From the NCBI GenBank assembly GCA_028534125.1, contig CM052828.1:12648001-12712000 (forward strand): DNA of 64,000 nt, written 5' to 3'. Made by a program: the position numbers and the translations under genes. Source of the DNA: Lama glama. Lineage: Eukaryota. The notes beneath the pieces were generated by a model, which searched no databases, was not told where the DNA came from, and was given only the letters and a program-made list of their open reading frames with translations. Below, piece by piece: positions 25,566-37,449 of the stretch. Within the stretch, counting starts at the first letter, position 1; each line of letters starts with the position of its first letter.

Positions 25566-26785
25566 AAGCCCTTTTCTTTTAATAGAGCAACCTAGAAGAA
25601 GCTCACATCACTTCCATTTGCTTCTCATTCCTCAGAACTTTGTTACATGACCACGCTGTGTTGCAAGGAAGGCTGAGAGATATAACCTTGACTTTGGGAA
25701 ACAATTTGTTCAGCTAAAATTGCAAGAGAAAGGAGAATGGTTACTGAGGGATAACTAGGAATTGCTGGCATGTAAGGCTTTACCAGGCATCAGTAAACTG
25801 CCCATCTGATTTAAGCAACTGATAATCTAAACTCATCTTACCTTTGCCTCTTACTAACTGTACCTCCCACAGGTGTGTTTTCTCCTCTATGAAATAAAGA
25901 TAACAAATGGCGATTGATGTTTATATGGTGTCTGTTAGAGCATTTGGTACATAGCAGGTCAACAATAAAGGGTCCCTTTTCCCCCTTTCTAGAAAATACA
26001 AAACTCTGGAAATTCTATCAGGATGGCTGTGTTGTATAGCCAGCAGAAGGTTTAGAACCCAGATTTGATTTGTTCATAGGAATTTAGTCTTCTGGCCGGA
26101 CACATACACTGAGAGTCAGCAGCTGGAGAGCTGAAGATAAATGATTTTGAAAGCATCTCTCTGAGTATACAGAGCTCACGGAGATGAAAAATAAAAGCCA
26201 TAAGGCAGCAGGATGTGCAGTACATCCAAAGCTTGGTAATTGAGTTAGAAAAGTGTGTTATTGTCCAACATACCTGGGTGGAATCAGACCCCGAGGCTTG
26301 ATTAGGGGCCCAATCAGGCATTTATGCCTATATGAAAGATATCCACCCAGAAGACTAAAAATAAACAAATGAAGCATTGAGACTTTTCTAATCATGAAAA
26401 TTGAATTTAAAGGCCATTTGTCACTTTCCTGTCATTTCGTGTCACGAAGAGACTTGCAGTCCCCACGGGCAAGCCTGTTTATTTCTCCATCCTGTCCAGC
26501 AAGCTGGGCCCCCTGCCATTGCTGGAAGGGAAGGCTCAGGTCTTCAGTGGCTAACTTCTGAGGCTCTGTTTTGGGGAGAGATCTGGAGAATCCTAGAGTC
26601 ATGGGTTTTATAACTATTGTCACTAAACAAATATCTAAACAGAGCTTTTTAGCTTTAGAAGGTGGTTCTATATACTTTCTTCTAGAAATCCACTGCCTCC
26701 CCTGTCTTACCCAAAGACATGTAATCACAGGTAGGTGTCTCTCCCACCCTCCCAGAGAGGCAGATGTGAAAGCACGTGTATGTAT

Positions 26786-26819
26786 GAGAGAGAGAGAAGA
26801 GAGAGAGAGTGTGTGTGTG

Positions 26820-26866
<47 letters not shown>
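26786..26866. repeat. Compound (GA)n-(GT)n microsatellite
   Basis: Interrupted GA run 26786-26809, then a GT tract with ~21 uninterrupted units at 26825-26866. Confidence 0.95.
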
Positions 26867-26869
<3 letters not shown>

Positions 26870-27514
26870 TACTACCTTTGGGGTTCAAATGCAACAAACT
26901 CATGGTGGGTTTTTGAAGGAGAATTACTTGATGTTTGAGCTTTTTATCTTAGTCCTTGACAAATATTGAACAACTGAATCTTTCATTTGTGAATATAGAA
27001 TGAGGCTTGCTGTGGCAATCCTGTTTATCATTTAGAAAGTTTAAAGTCATGCTTGTTTTTTTAAACAAACTTTTTAATTGTAAATTAATTGTTTGCCATT
27101 TTGAAGTCAAAAAATGTGCTGGAAAGAATAATTTTTTTTTTTTTAATTTCAGCTCCTCTATTCCCTGGCTTTCTGAACTTGGAAAAATGAAGTAACTTCT
27201 CAGTGTCACAATCCCTTATTTGAACTCTGCCACCAGAATGTGAGTTTTATTAGAGCAGGTGTGTCTTTCTCTTTTAATTACGATCCCCTTTAGCTAGAAC
27301 AGTACTTGGTGCATAGTATGTTTTCAATAAATATCTGTTGGATGAATTGGTTAAATGGGAATAATAATTCAATCTCAAGGGATTATTATGAAGATGAAAT
27401 AAGACAATATAAATGCAAAGCACCTGGCTCTTAGTGCTTGCTGAATAGTGACTATCATTATTATTTGGGAGTCTCTACATTTGCATAGTTCTGTGCTGAT
27501 TAAAAACATGGCTT

Positions 27515-27598
27515 GGAGGGTGGCTATAGCTCACTGGTAGAGTGCATGCTTAGCATGCACGAGGTCCTGGGTTCAATCCCAGGTACCTCCATAAAAAA
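27515..27598 (+). mobile_element. Vic-1-type camelid tRNA-Ala-derived SINE, short form
   Basis: Body ggagggtggctatagctcactggtagagtgcatgcttagcatgcacgaggtcctgggttcaatcccaggtacctcc has A/B-box-like motifs, an AGC anticodon-like loop and an A-tail. Perfect 13-bp TSD aaaaacatggctt at 27502-27514 and 27599-27611. Confidence 0.9.
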
Positions 27599-27719
27599 AA
27601 AAACATGGCTTACATATCTGGTTTTTATATCTAATTTTTCAGAAACTGTGATTACTTATTGCCATCGGGAAGAGATCAGCAGTCTCTACTCTCATTTTCT
27701 ATCTGTGGCCACTCTATGT

Positions 27720-28030
27720 GGAACCATTCCACCTGCATTCCAGTGAAATCACTCTTGCCAAGGTGATCAGTGACTTCTGTGATGCTCAACCAATGCACAG
27801 CCTCAGTCAGTCCTCACCTCACGTGATTTATCAGCACCAGTGATGCAGCTGGTCATTCTCCCTAGAGTGCTTTCTTCACCGGATGCCCACACTTTCCAGA
27901 GTTTTCTCAGTCCTCACTGATTGCCCCTTCTTGGTCTTCTTTGCTTATTTCTTCTTTCCAACCTACTAAGTTGACTGTCCCTGGTCCCAGGTCCCAGCCC
28001 TCGGGTCTCTTCTCTATCTGCATTCTCTTC
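27720..28030 (+). mobile_element. L2 LINE internal fragment
   Basis: ccagtgaaatcactcttgccaaggtgatcagtgacttc...tcagtcctcacctc. Confidence 0.65.
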
Positions 28031-28032
28031 TT

Positions 28033-28250
28033 TGTCAGGGTTCAGACAGGAAAAATCTTGGTAATTTGAGGAGAGTTTAATAATGGGGCTTTTTATGAAG
28101 ATGTGAACACAGTTTAGGAACACCAACAATCAATAATCTAATATTCTGGACTCAGAAACAGAGGGGATCCTGAGGGGCTAGAAGCAGGACTGGTTACTAG
28201 AACCCTTAAAGGGTAGCTGAACTGAGGGGCGCCATGGCCTCTGATACAGG
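28033..28250. mobile_element. Old LTR fragment (ERVL/LTR67-like)
   Basis: tgtcagggttcagacaggaaa...taatttgaggagagtttaataa. Confidence 0.45.
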
Positions 28251-28799
28251 GGGGAGGAGAGGTGGGAGGATTGTTCTAGATTAAAGGAGACAAGACAAAC
28301 AGAATATGACAAACAAGAAAGTGTGAGCATTCATGGGATCCTAGGTTTTCAAAAATCAACAATAAGGAACTTTTATTGGGACATACAGGGAAATTTGAAT
28401 ATGGATTTCTTAATAATTGATATTATTGAGAACATATTAAATTTTAGGGGTGTGATTTAAAACAAAACATTTTGTCTGCTAGACAAAGGCCAAACTTGGC
28501 TCTTGTTGTCCTGGTCTGAGTTCTCTTACTCTGCCTGGTCATTGATGACCCAAGAGCAGGTGCACAATTTGGTAAGTAATACCATGCAGTGAACTACCAG
28601 GGATCAGAGCCCTAATGACGAGGCGCCACCCCTTTGTTGACCAGTCTTCCCATGTCTCCTCATTTGATTTCAACTGCATTATTTAAGTGGCTCTGTCTGG
28701 TAAGTTCAAGAAGGTGGGACTCTTTGTTTTATTCATGAAACAGGGGCACCTAGAAAGTGCTAAATGAGTATTTGTTGGCTAAATGAGTTGGATATAAGG

Positions 28800-29200
28800 A
28801 GATAACTGATACTGGCATATTGATTTTGATATTAAATGGCAGTGTGGAACCTGCTTGTTAATTCTACTTACTTAGAGATTATCTTTTGATTCTTTTTTTT
28901 GGACAATCATATTAGCTGTGAAAACTGACAATTTGTTTCTTTGTTCCCAATCCTTGCAGATTTTCTTTTCTTTTTCTTACTATGCTGGCAGGACCCTCAA
29001 TACAATGTTGACTAGAAGTGTTGACCATAGCCTTGCATGCCCTGTATCTTATTTCAGAGAGAGTACCTTTAGTGATTATCAATGCAAACATCATTCTTTG
29101 TGGGATTTTAGTAGGTACTTAAAAAAAAATCAGGTTAAGGAATTTCCTCTCTATTTCTAGTTTGCTAAGAGGTTTTTTTTTTTTTAAATCATTTTTGGGT
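28800..29200 (-). mobile_element. Ancient L1 ORF2-region fragment
   Basis: ggcaggaccctcaatacaatgttgactagaagtg...caggttaaggaatttcctctctatttctagtttgctaagag. Confidence 0.7.
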
Positions 29201-31009
29201 GTTCCCACTCATTTTACAGCTGCCATTTTGAGAGATGCTCTTCTAACACTGTTGAGAAATCATCTGCTTTCCAGTGCCTCACACTCAAATTCACAATTCC
29301 TCGTTAGTTTTCGATGAGGGGGGCTCATTTCCTGCCTTATCTTTTGTGCACCGTAAAGTATGTCAATATGAAGGGGCAAATCAAATTTTTCAAAATTGGC
29401 AGTGTCGACCCAATCTTCATCTCACGCCATATTACAGATGAGTTGCCAGGAGTGAGACATCCATGCTGTATAAAAATCCATAAAAATGCAAAATTTCCAC
29501 CGCATATTCCAAGACAGCTGACTTATGGAGCTGTCTGGTGAGCGAGCCCCAGGTCCTTTGGATCTTTTTCTTTTTTATTATATGTGAGAATTTCAGTTGT
29601 GCCACTAATTACAATAACCTTGAGCTCTTGGCACCACAATAGGATTAGTGACAGCAGCAAAGACTCAGAGAGAGAGAGAGAGATTGATTTTTTTTGAAAG
29701 TCAATAAAAATTCAGCTATAACCTATTTCCTAAAAGGGGGTCAGCTAGCTGGTCCCTCCCTGCGGCTGAAGGAAGCTTAAGAGCTCAGTGACTCAAAGAA
29801 GGGTTTCAGAATCCTCTGGATTTAGCTCTCTTTCACTTCTTGTCATTCTACACCCCCAAGCCCACCCCCTTCACCCCTCCACTCCTCGTCCTGACATCTG
29901 TTTTTTTCATCACTGTCAGTGAAAACTAGTGTGGTGCTATCTGAAATTCACAAAAAAGACACGCTCCAGGGAAGAAAATATAAATCATAGGTGTGTGAAT
30001 CATCACCCCCAAGCACTGGAACACTGTTGACTTGCATGAGCGCCTGTATTTTCATTTAATGCTGAAAATCAGCTTTTATGTGTATGATTCAGGAGATGGG
30101 GGCAGGATTTATAAAACACAAGGGTTTCAGTGACTCAGAACTGGCAAAAGTCTGTGTGTGGGGAGAGAGAGATTGGTGGATTCATTCTGGCATCTAATCA
30201 GTCCCTGGGAATGGTAAGAAAATGGAAAGGGGGCCAGCTTATCAGCCTATTGACAGGCAATGAGAGCCTCCTTCAATACTTCCTAATTCCCTGCGCAGAA
30301 GGAGCCAAGTAGGAAAGCTGCTGTCACAGGAAAAAAATGATTTGCTCGTACATTCTCTTTAACGAGCAGATTCGTTCATTTTCTGGGGAACGCTATCATT
30401 TTGTCTCTATCATACTGAAAGGACTGGCTGGTGCAATCAATTCCACCCAACCCCCCATCAATTCACTTAAACAACCCGTGGGGAGCGGAAAGGCCAGAAA
30501 TCAATAACAGTTGCTTCACTGAATTGACGGGTGACTTCAAGTCCTTCAGATGCATCTGTTGGCTTCAGTGCTCAGTTGCTGCCATGTCTGAAAAGTGTCT
30601 TATGGGAGCTTCAGGCCCAGGCAGACCCCACCGGAAGGCCTACAAAGGGCAAGGCCGCCGACAAAGGATGTGGGCGGGGGTGGCGGTGGGGCCACGTGCT
30701 GCCACCCTCATCGCAGCGGGCAGTTTGCCTCCGTTTACCACGACGGTGAATCACCTGCACACAACCACCCTTGCTGAGGGTCTTGGGTGGCACTTTATAA
30801 ATAATATTTACAAATATTATTACTTATCTTTTAACAAACCAGTAAGGTAGGAATTGCCATCCCTCCCAGATCTTTTCTTTCTTGAGGGTTTTAGAGATGT
30901 CATTTACTTGATCAGCCACAGTGAGAGGCAGAGGCAGGATATGAACCCACCTCTGGCTGTTGTTTCCAGAGCTGCCTTTCTTTTCAGGAGACCACCTGCC
31001 CCCCTCTCA

Positions 31010-31170
31010 TCTACGTATAGCACAGTGGCTGACAGCACAGCTTCTGGAGCCTGACAGAGATGGGTTCAAATCCTGGCACTTCTGCTTATTGTGAGACCTT
31101 GGGACATTTACATAACTTTTCTGAATTTCCATTTTCGCATCTGCAAAATGGGGACAATATCTGTTCATTG
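31010..31170 (+). mobile_element. MIR SINE
   Basis: tgggttcaaatcctggc...gaccttggg...catctgcaaaatgggg. Confidence 0.75.
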
Positions 31171-32807
31171 AAGCAATGTATATACCAAGTTCATTGCATA
31201 AAGGCTGGGGTACTATAAATGTGGAAACGGCTGGGCTTTTTTTAAACCATTATCCTTAGTAATATTAGTCAAAGTAGTGACATGTGATTTCTTAGACTCC
31301 TATGATGGCTACAAGCTTTTCTTTTCCCTCATCCTTGCCACTTACAAAACCTTGGCGAGGTCTTTGTGAGAGGCATAACACAGGTGTCAATATTAACTGC
31401 CTGTCTCAGTTTTAGAGAACATTTACTGGTGTATGACACACTGAGGCCTCTACTAAGCCTGCCTTATTCATTCTACACTCATAAAATGCCCATCGGTCCC
31501 CCAGGTGCCTGGAGAAGGCAAGGTGTCCCCATGAAAATGCTGGCAGTCAAAATCCAGAAGTCCCATGTCTATGAGGTTTAAGAACAGGTAAAACTAATCT
31601 AAGACAATAGCAGTCAGACCAGTGGCTACCTCTAGGGGTGGGAACTGATGGGGAAGGAACAGTGAGAGCCTTTGGGGAGCTGGAGTGCTCCATCCCTGGA
31701 TCTAGGCATTTGCACACATAACATTCGAGCTGTCTGCCTATGAGGGTGCCCTTCACTGTATGTGTGCTCCATCTCAAGGAAGGAAAATTTAAATCTTAAT
31801 CAAACAGACCCACCTTTGGCAGCGGGTAACAGGTTGATTATTCCGTCCCAGCAGAGTTACCAGCCTAGATGGGAGTTGGCCCAGGGAGGTAATGACATGG
31901 TGGAGATTGAGAACACGCCCTCATCACCAGACGTGCAGGGAGCTGAGTGCCTTCAGATCCTCTCTTGTTCCTGAACAACTGTGATAACTACCTTTGATCG
32001 AGTACCTATTTTGAGCTAAGTATAGATACTCCTATTTTTTTTTTTTTTGCCCTAGTCTTTCCAACCTCCTAATCCGGTAGGTATCTTTTGTTCCATTTTA
32101 CAACTGAATTCAAAGTTTAGAGGGATCTTATAACAGAAAGTAGTGGAGCAAGATTTTAACCCTGGCCTGTCTGGCCTTTTTGTGAAGGAGCAGAGCTCTG
32201 CAGATAAGAGTGCCTGGGTTTTAAGTCCCAGCTCTGAGTTTCCTCACTGCGTTAGCTTGGGGGAGTTCCTCGACCTCTCTGTGCCTAATGTCCTCATCTG
32301 CAGAAATGGGGATAATCCTGGGAGCGCTGTATCACAGGGTTGTTGTGGGTTAATCTATGGACAGCACTTAGGACATAGTAAGAGCTACAAATGTACTAGC
32401 AATTTTTCTGTTGAATGACACAATCTCCCAAAAGTGGAAGGGCCCAAATCCTGCAATTTTCTGAGATATAAAGTAAAATGTTCAGGTCCAATTCAACCAC
32501 GTTTGCTCTCTGCCTCCCCTCCTGTAGGATGAATAGGGAGGCACCCCAAGCATGTGGTGGGCTCATGGTACCACCTCCCTCTCTTTGGGTGGGAGAAACC
32601 CAATGGTATCTACACGGCGTAGTGTGGGATATCTGTTTAAATGCTAAGAAGGACATAAGCTAGGAGTGCACCATACTGAGCACCATTCCGTACAATCGGT
32701 GCTGTTCTGTCCTTTCCATCAGGTCCGTATATGTGAGCAATTTCTGGAACCCCATCTCTGTTCTCTCCACACTGGGTGGTGATCATGAGAACACGGTTAT
32801 TGAGGGC

Positions 32808-32966
32808 AGTGACTCTCAGACTGTAACACACGTACAGGTCACCTGGGGAATCTTGTTAGAATGAATATGCTGACTCAGTAGGGCAGAGATTCCACATTTC
32901 TAACAAGCTCCCAGTGACGTTGACCCTCCTGGTCCCTAGACCCCACTTTGAGAATCAAGGGTCTAG
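32808..32966. mobile_element. MER5A hAT-Charlie MITE
   Basis: cagtgactctcaga...tcacctggggaatcttgtta...catttctaacaagctccca...ccactttgagaa. Confidence 0.8.
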
Positions 32967-35144
32967 ACCGATCTGGACAATAAAATGCTTCCCCTTTCAA
33001 CACTTGTGTCCCCAAAGACAGCTGAATGAAAGGCTCTGGGGCCACATGAACCTGGAGCCATACAACCCCCTCCTATCAGCATCCTAGGCTCATCTCCCCT
33101 CCTCCAGGAAGCCTTCCTTGACTTGCCAAGCAGAGAAGGCACTTTCTGCTCAGTGCATCCTCAGGGCTGGTACAGGACTGTAGTGCATCATGTGTTACAT
33201 TCATTACATATGTGCATTTTCCTCTCCCTCCTGCAGAACATGGTCAACAGAATGGGTTCCTCTTTTCTCCATCCCTATTATCCAAAATTCCGACTTCTAC
33301 TTCATTAAGAATGTTATGCAGTGCACTTAAATAACCAGCCCACAGGACTTTTTTCAGCCTGATTGTCCAGAGTTAATGCCTGGCCTGTCTCAAGAGGCAG
33401 AGCCAGTGGGAGCATTTTCCACAATGGCTCTGTATTTCTAGGAATCTAGCTGACTCCGTTTGTATCCAAATTTCAGATTTGTTAGATTTCTTTTGCAGCT
33501 ATCTTCACCCTTATCACCTCTGCTAATTAAGGAAGATACAGATGAAACCAGTTTCCAAAGGCTTCTCCGATTTCAGCCCATGGCCACTTCCTATAAAAGA
33601 AGATCTCTCTCTGCCTTAAACGAATTTCTAAGCAGCCTTCAGAGCCAAATGAGAGGATTGGAACTGTGAGCTGCAGAGGTCCAGGACCCCATCTAGTGGG
33701 GAAATAGGAAGCGGCCACTGCAGTTGTTGAATGAAATTTGCAGGATGGCTGAAATTCCCACCCACTTTTCCTGTGGAGCCCGAGGAGGCCTGGATCCCCA
33801 GGCACAGAGATACCAGCCTTCCTGGGGAAGCCTGTGGGGCAGGAGTGGCCAGTCCAGAAAACACTTTGTCAAGGGAAGGAAAAGAGGCTCCTTCCGCGGG
33901 GCATGGAAGATGCTCTCTATGCCCATCTCCAGAGTAAAGGGAGTCAGGAGCAGTCAGCCTGCAGAGGACCCGGGCCTTTGGAAGATTCTGGAAACCCAGA
34001 GGCACAGCGTGGGGCAGCTACAGCATGGCCGTGCCCGCTGGGGCAGCCAGGGCTGGTCCGGCCAGAGCCCCAGGCAGGAGCTCACTGAGATGGAGCCCTC
34101 GTGTTTGAGCTCTAGGGGAATCTGTGCCCTTGGCTGGTGACGGGGCTTCACTCCTCACCCCGTGGGAGTGGATGCCTGCCAATAAGCCAGCAGCCCCGCC
34201 ACGTGGCGGAGAGAAACCTTTCCGTCCTTCTCACCCGCTACAGACCTCGTCCTTCAGCGGCCATCTCACAGCCCCGCGGGGCCCCGGGTGAGACATGTGG
34301 CCTGTCGTCCACTGGTGAGTCTCCTGGCCTTTCACAGGCCTGCCTCCCTGTTAGCTTATAGCTCCCAGCTTAAACGTCACTCCCCTGGGGGGACCATCAC
34401 TGCCGTCTCCTGCAGCATCTACCACCCGCAGGCGCCACTGTTCTCTGCCCAGCACCCTGTCGGTTTGCTTAGCGGGCTCATCACATAATTCAGGAGGTTC
34501 CCGCGTTTGTTATCTCCTCACTGGGCAGGGACCGTTTGCATGAAGGAGGGACTGGCCTGAGTCCAGGGGCCGGGAGGCAGGCTGCAGAAAAGGCCAGTGA
34601 GGACTCCTCTCTGGGGGCCCCTGGCAATGGTTACGGCCAGACAGGCACTGAGATTAAGCAGAAACCCAGAGTCCTTGGCAAGGGACAATTTCGTTTCTAT
34701 TTGAGAGACACACCGGAGGCTTGTTTGGTTCAGATGGAACATAGCTCATGGATGTAGAAGGGGGTGGGAAATCCTTTGATGCACGAGTCAGTGTCCTGGG
34801 TTGACTCAGACGGTGATGGTGGCAGTTCTTGCTTCAGACACCCACTTATTAGATGTTCGGGGTGTCAAATGAGGAACACCTATTACATAAACCATGTAGA
34901 AATTCCAAAACGAAAGAACAAATCAGGGTACATTTTACACGTTTACGTTTAACAAACAAATGCTTTTTAACACACACCCAATGTGTAATGCAAGAGACTC
35001 GTACTGCTCGCAAGGCAATCATAGGGTTTATGAACGTGTGGAATCGTTAACACCCTGCGAGTGGTGTGGTCTGACAACGGGCCGTGAGTTTCAGGTTGTG
35101 TAGTGAGTGTCATTCCATTGTGTAGGTGATACTCCATGCCTGGG

Positions 35145-35495
35145 CATCTTAGCCAGCTTGGGCTGCTGTGACAAAACAACGCTGACAGAGTGGCTTAAAC
35201 AATGGACACTCCATTCTAAGTTCTGGAGTCTGGAAATCCAAGATCAAAGCACTGCTAATTTGGTCCCTGACGAGAGCTCTCTTCCTGGCTTGCAGACTTG
35301 AGTCCCCACGTCGGGGTTGGGGGTGGGGGGAGAGATCTCTGGTGTCTCTTCTTATGCAGACATTAATCTCACCATGAAGGCTCCGACCTCATGACCTAAT
35401 TGCCTGCCAAAGGCCCCGTCTCCTAATACCATCGCAGTGGGGTTATGGTTTCAGTGTATGAACTTTGAGGAAACATAGTTTGGTCCACAGCACTG
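35145..35495 (-). mobile_element. MLT1A/B-like MaLR solo LTR
   Basis: gttctggagtctggaaatccaagatcaa...ctcatgacctaat...cctaataccatc; same family as 4056-4410. Confidence 0.8.
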
Positions 35496-37431
35496 GGTAC
35501 ACCCCATCTTTATTCTGAGACCTTTTGTGAATGTGAAGCTTGAGTCAAAGTGTCCCCGCCTCCTCCTCCCCAGGGCCTGCCCTCCCTCGGCTTCCTTACA
35601 CCCTAAAAGAATGGGGGCAGAGAGCAGGGAGGAGGGGGGCTTGGGGTGCCAGGGGGTCAGGGACGCTGTTGATTACATAAATCCTTATACGTCTATGCCA
35701 TAGAATATTATGTAACCATTAAAAGTGAAGTTGAAGAAACATATCCAGTGACCTGAGAAAAGGTAGGTCCTCGGACCAACATTAAGTCACAGAACTACAC
35801 ACACCGCGGGGCCTGGCCCGCAGGAGGCGCGTCCTCAGCACGTCTGGCTCTATCTTGGCCCCTGGGGGCCCGGCCCCTCCTGGGTCACCCACCTGGCCTC
35901 ACACCTCTCCTGGAGTCACCGTCCCTCCCCAGGGCCAGTGAGGAGGTCTGTCTTGTGTGCCCTCTTCCCTCTGGGTGGTCCTCCCCCTCAGTGGGTACCA
36001 ACTCTGGGATGCTCGTTTGGGGAGTTTGTCAAACACCGGAGAGAGTGAGGCCCTGGAACCCATTCTGTAACTGGCAGCTTCTGCAGGAGGTGGCCCTTCT
36101 GAGAAGCAGTGTTTCACTGTTTCGCGTCATCTGACAGCTCTCAGGAAGAGAACTGACCAAGTCCTTCACTCCCAGGGCCTACTGACTCTGAATCTGATTA
36201 GTTCAATAACTTCTTACGGAGCTTAGGGTTCTGGGAGTACCAAGACCAGCGAGAAGCGGCTGGGTTCTGTGGAGGACACATCCAGCTTGGGTCCAGATGC
36301 AGATTGATTTGCACTCCCCTTGCCTCTTACTTGGCAGTGGGGTACTATGTCTCCCCATAAGTAGAAAGGAAATAGTACACGCAGGGGGGTTGTGAGGATT
36401 ACATGAGAGAAGAGAAGAGAAGAGCGCCCGGGGGTGGTTAGACCTCTGTAGCTGCTGGTTGTTGTTCCTCCAAGATGTGTCTACAATTCCCTGCCCTCGC
36501 CTTTTCCTCCCGTCTCACCTGTAAAATCCTCAGACACTAGCACTCCCCCTCTACAGAATTCCTCATTTGTCACAACCATCAGGTCTGGCCTTGGACTTTG
36601 TCCATCAAGACAACCCAGCAACCACCAACCGCAGTCTTGAGTGGGAACCCCTTTGGCAATCCACTCCTGTCTTGCTGGTCCTCTGTCCCCTGGAGGCCAC
36701 TTCCCAGGTCAGGACAATGAAGTCAGTGCTGTCTCATGTCTCTAGGTTAGCCTTTGTGAAGGGCTCCCTTTTTGCACAGCAACCCCCATTTGCAAATACG
36801 TTGCTGTTTGGAAATAAAGCCTCCCAGAACCCTGGGTGCGTATGGACAATTTAACAAATGGATCGGAGCTAATGCTTTTAAATTTGTAGCTCAATTCAGA
36901 AATGTCTTAAAGTCAATAAATAATTTGAATAGTCTCTCCTGCATTCCTCTCTCGTCACCAGATCACTGAAGTAGGGTTTTTCCTGAATGCAATTGCTCTA
37001 TTTTTTACGTTATTATTAACTGTAAAGATGCTTTATGAGCCAATTCAATGGGGGTCAACAAGACTAGAGGGAAATGCTTATTTATGTGTTAATACAATGC
37101 ATTTCGTTGGCACTGGTCTTCATGTAAAGTACTGGTTACAAATTACTCCTTATTAAAGGAAAAAAAATCAAAGCAAGAAACGCAGTTTCTGGCATATGGT
37201 GGGTACTTAACAGTGACATGACTTTGCTGCAGTTTACAAGATGTAAATATACACTTGTAGCTCCAGCCATTAATACACATAGACACACAGGCACACACAT
37301 GAGACTTGGACACACTCACTAATTTGGACATGTTTCCTTTTCTCTACAACTTATGCTGTCTTTGGTTGCAACGTGTGGATCATTCTTGCTTTGCCATCCA
37401 GCTGCCCAGATCTGGGGCTGAGTGTGTGCAG

Positions 37432-37449
37432 GTGCTGCCCTCTGGTGGG
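37432..37449 (-). promoter_or_regulatory. Candidate CTCF site
   Basis: - strand reads cccaccagagggcagcac, a close match to the CTCF core CCACCAGRKGGCAGC. Confidence 0.55.

Noticed and set aside
24607-25582. Long ORFs of 160-297 aa, and similar ones at 13457-13731, 53461-53770 and 59832-60762
   Set aside because: Mostly X from N gaps; the readable parts are L1 remnants.
27515-27590. Possible tRNA-Ala(AGC) gene (also 62934-63008)
   Set aside because: A-rich tail and perfect TSDs show retroposed SINE copies; no oligo-T terminator follows the 27515 copy.
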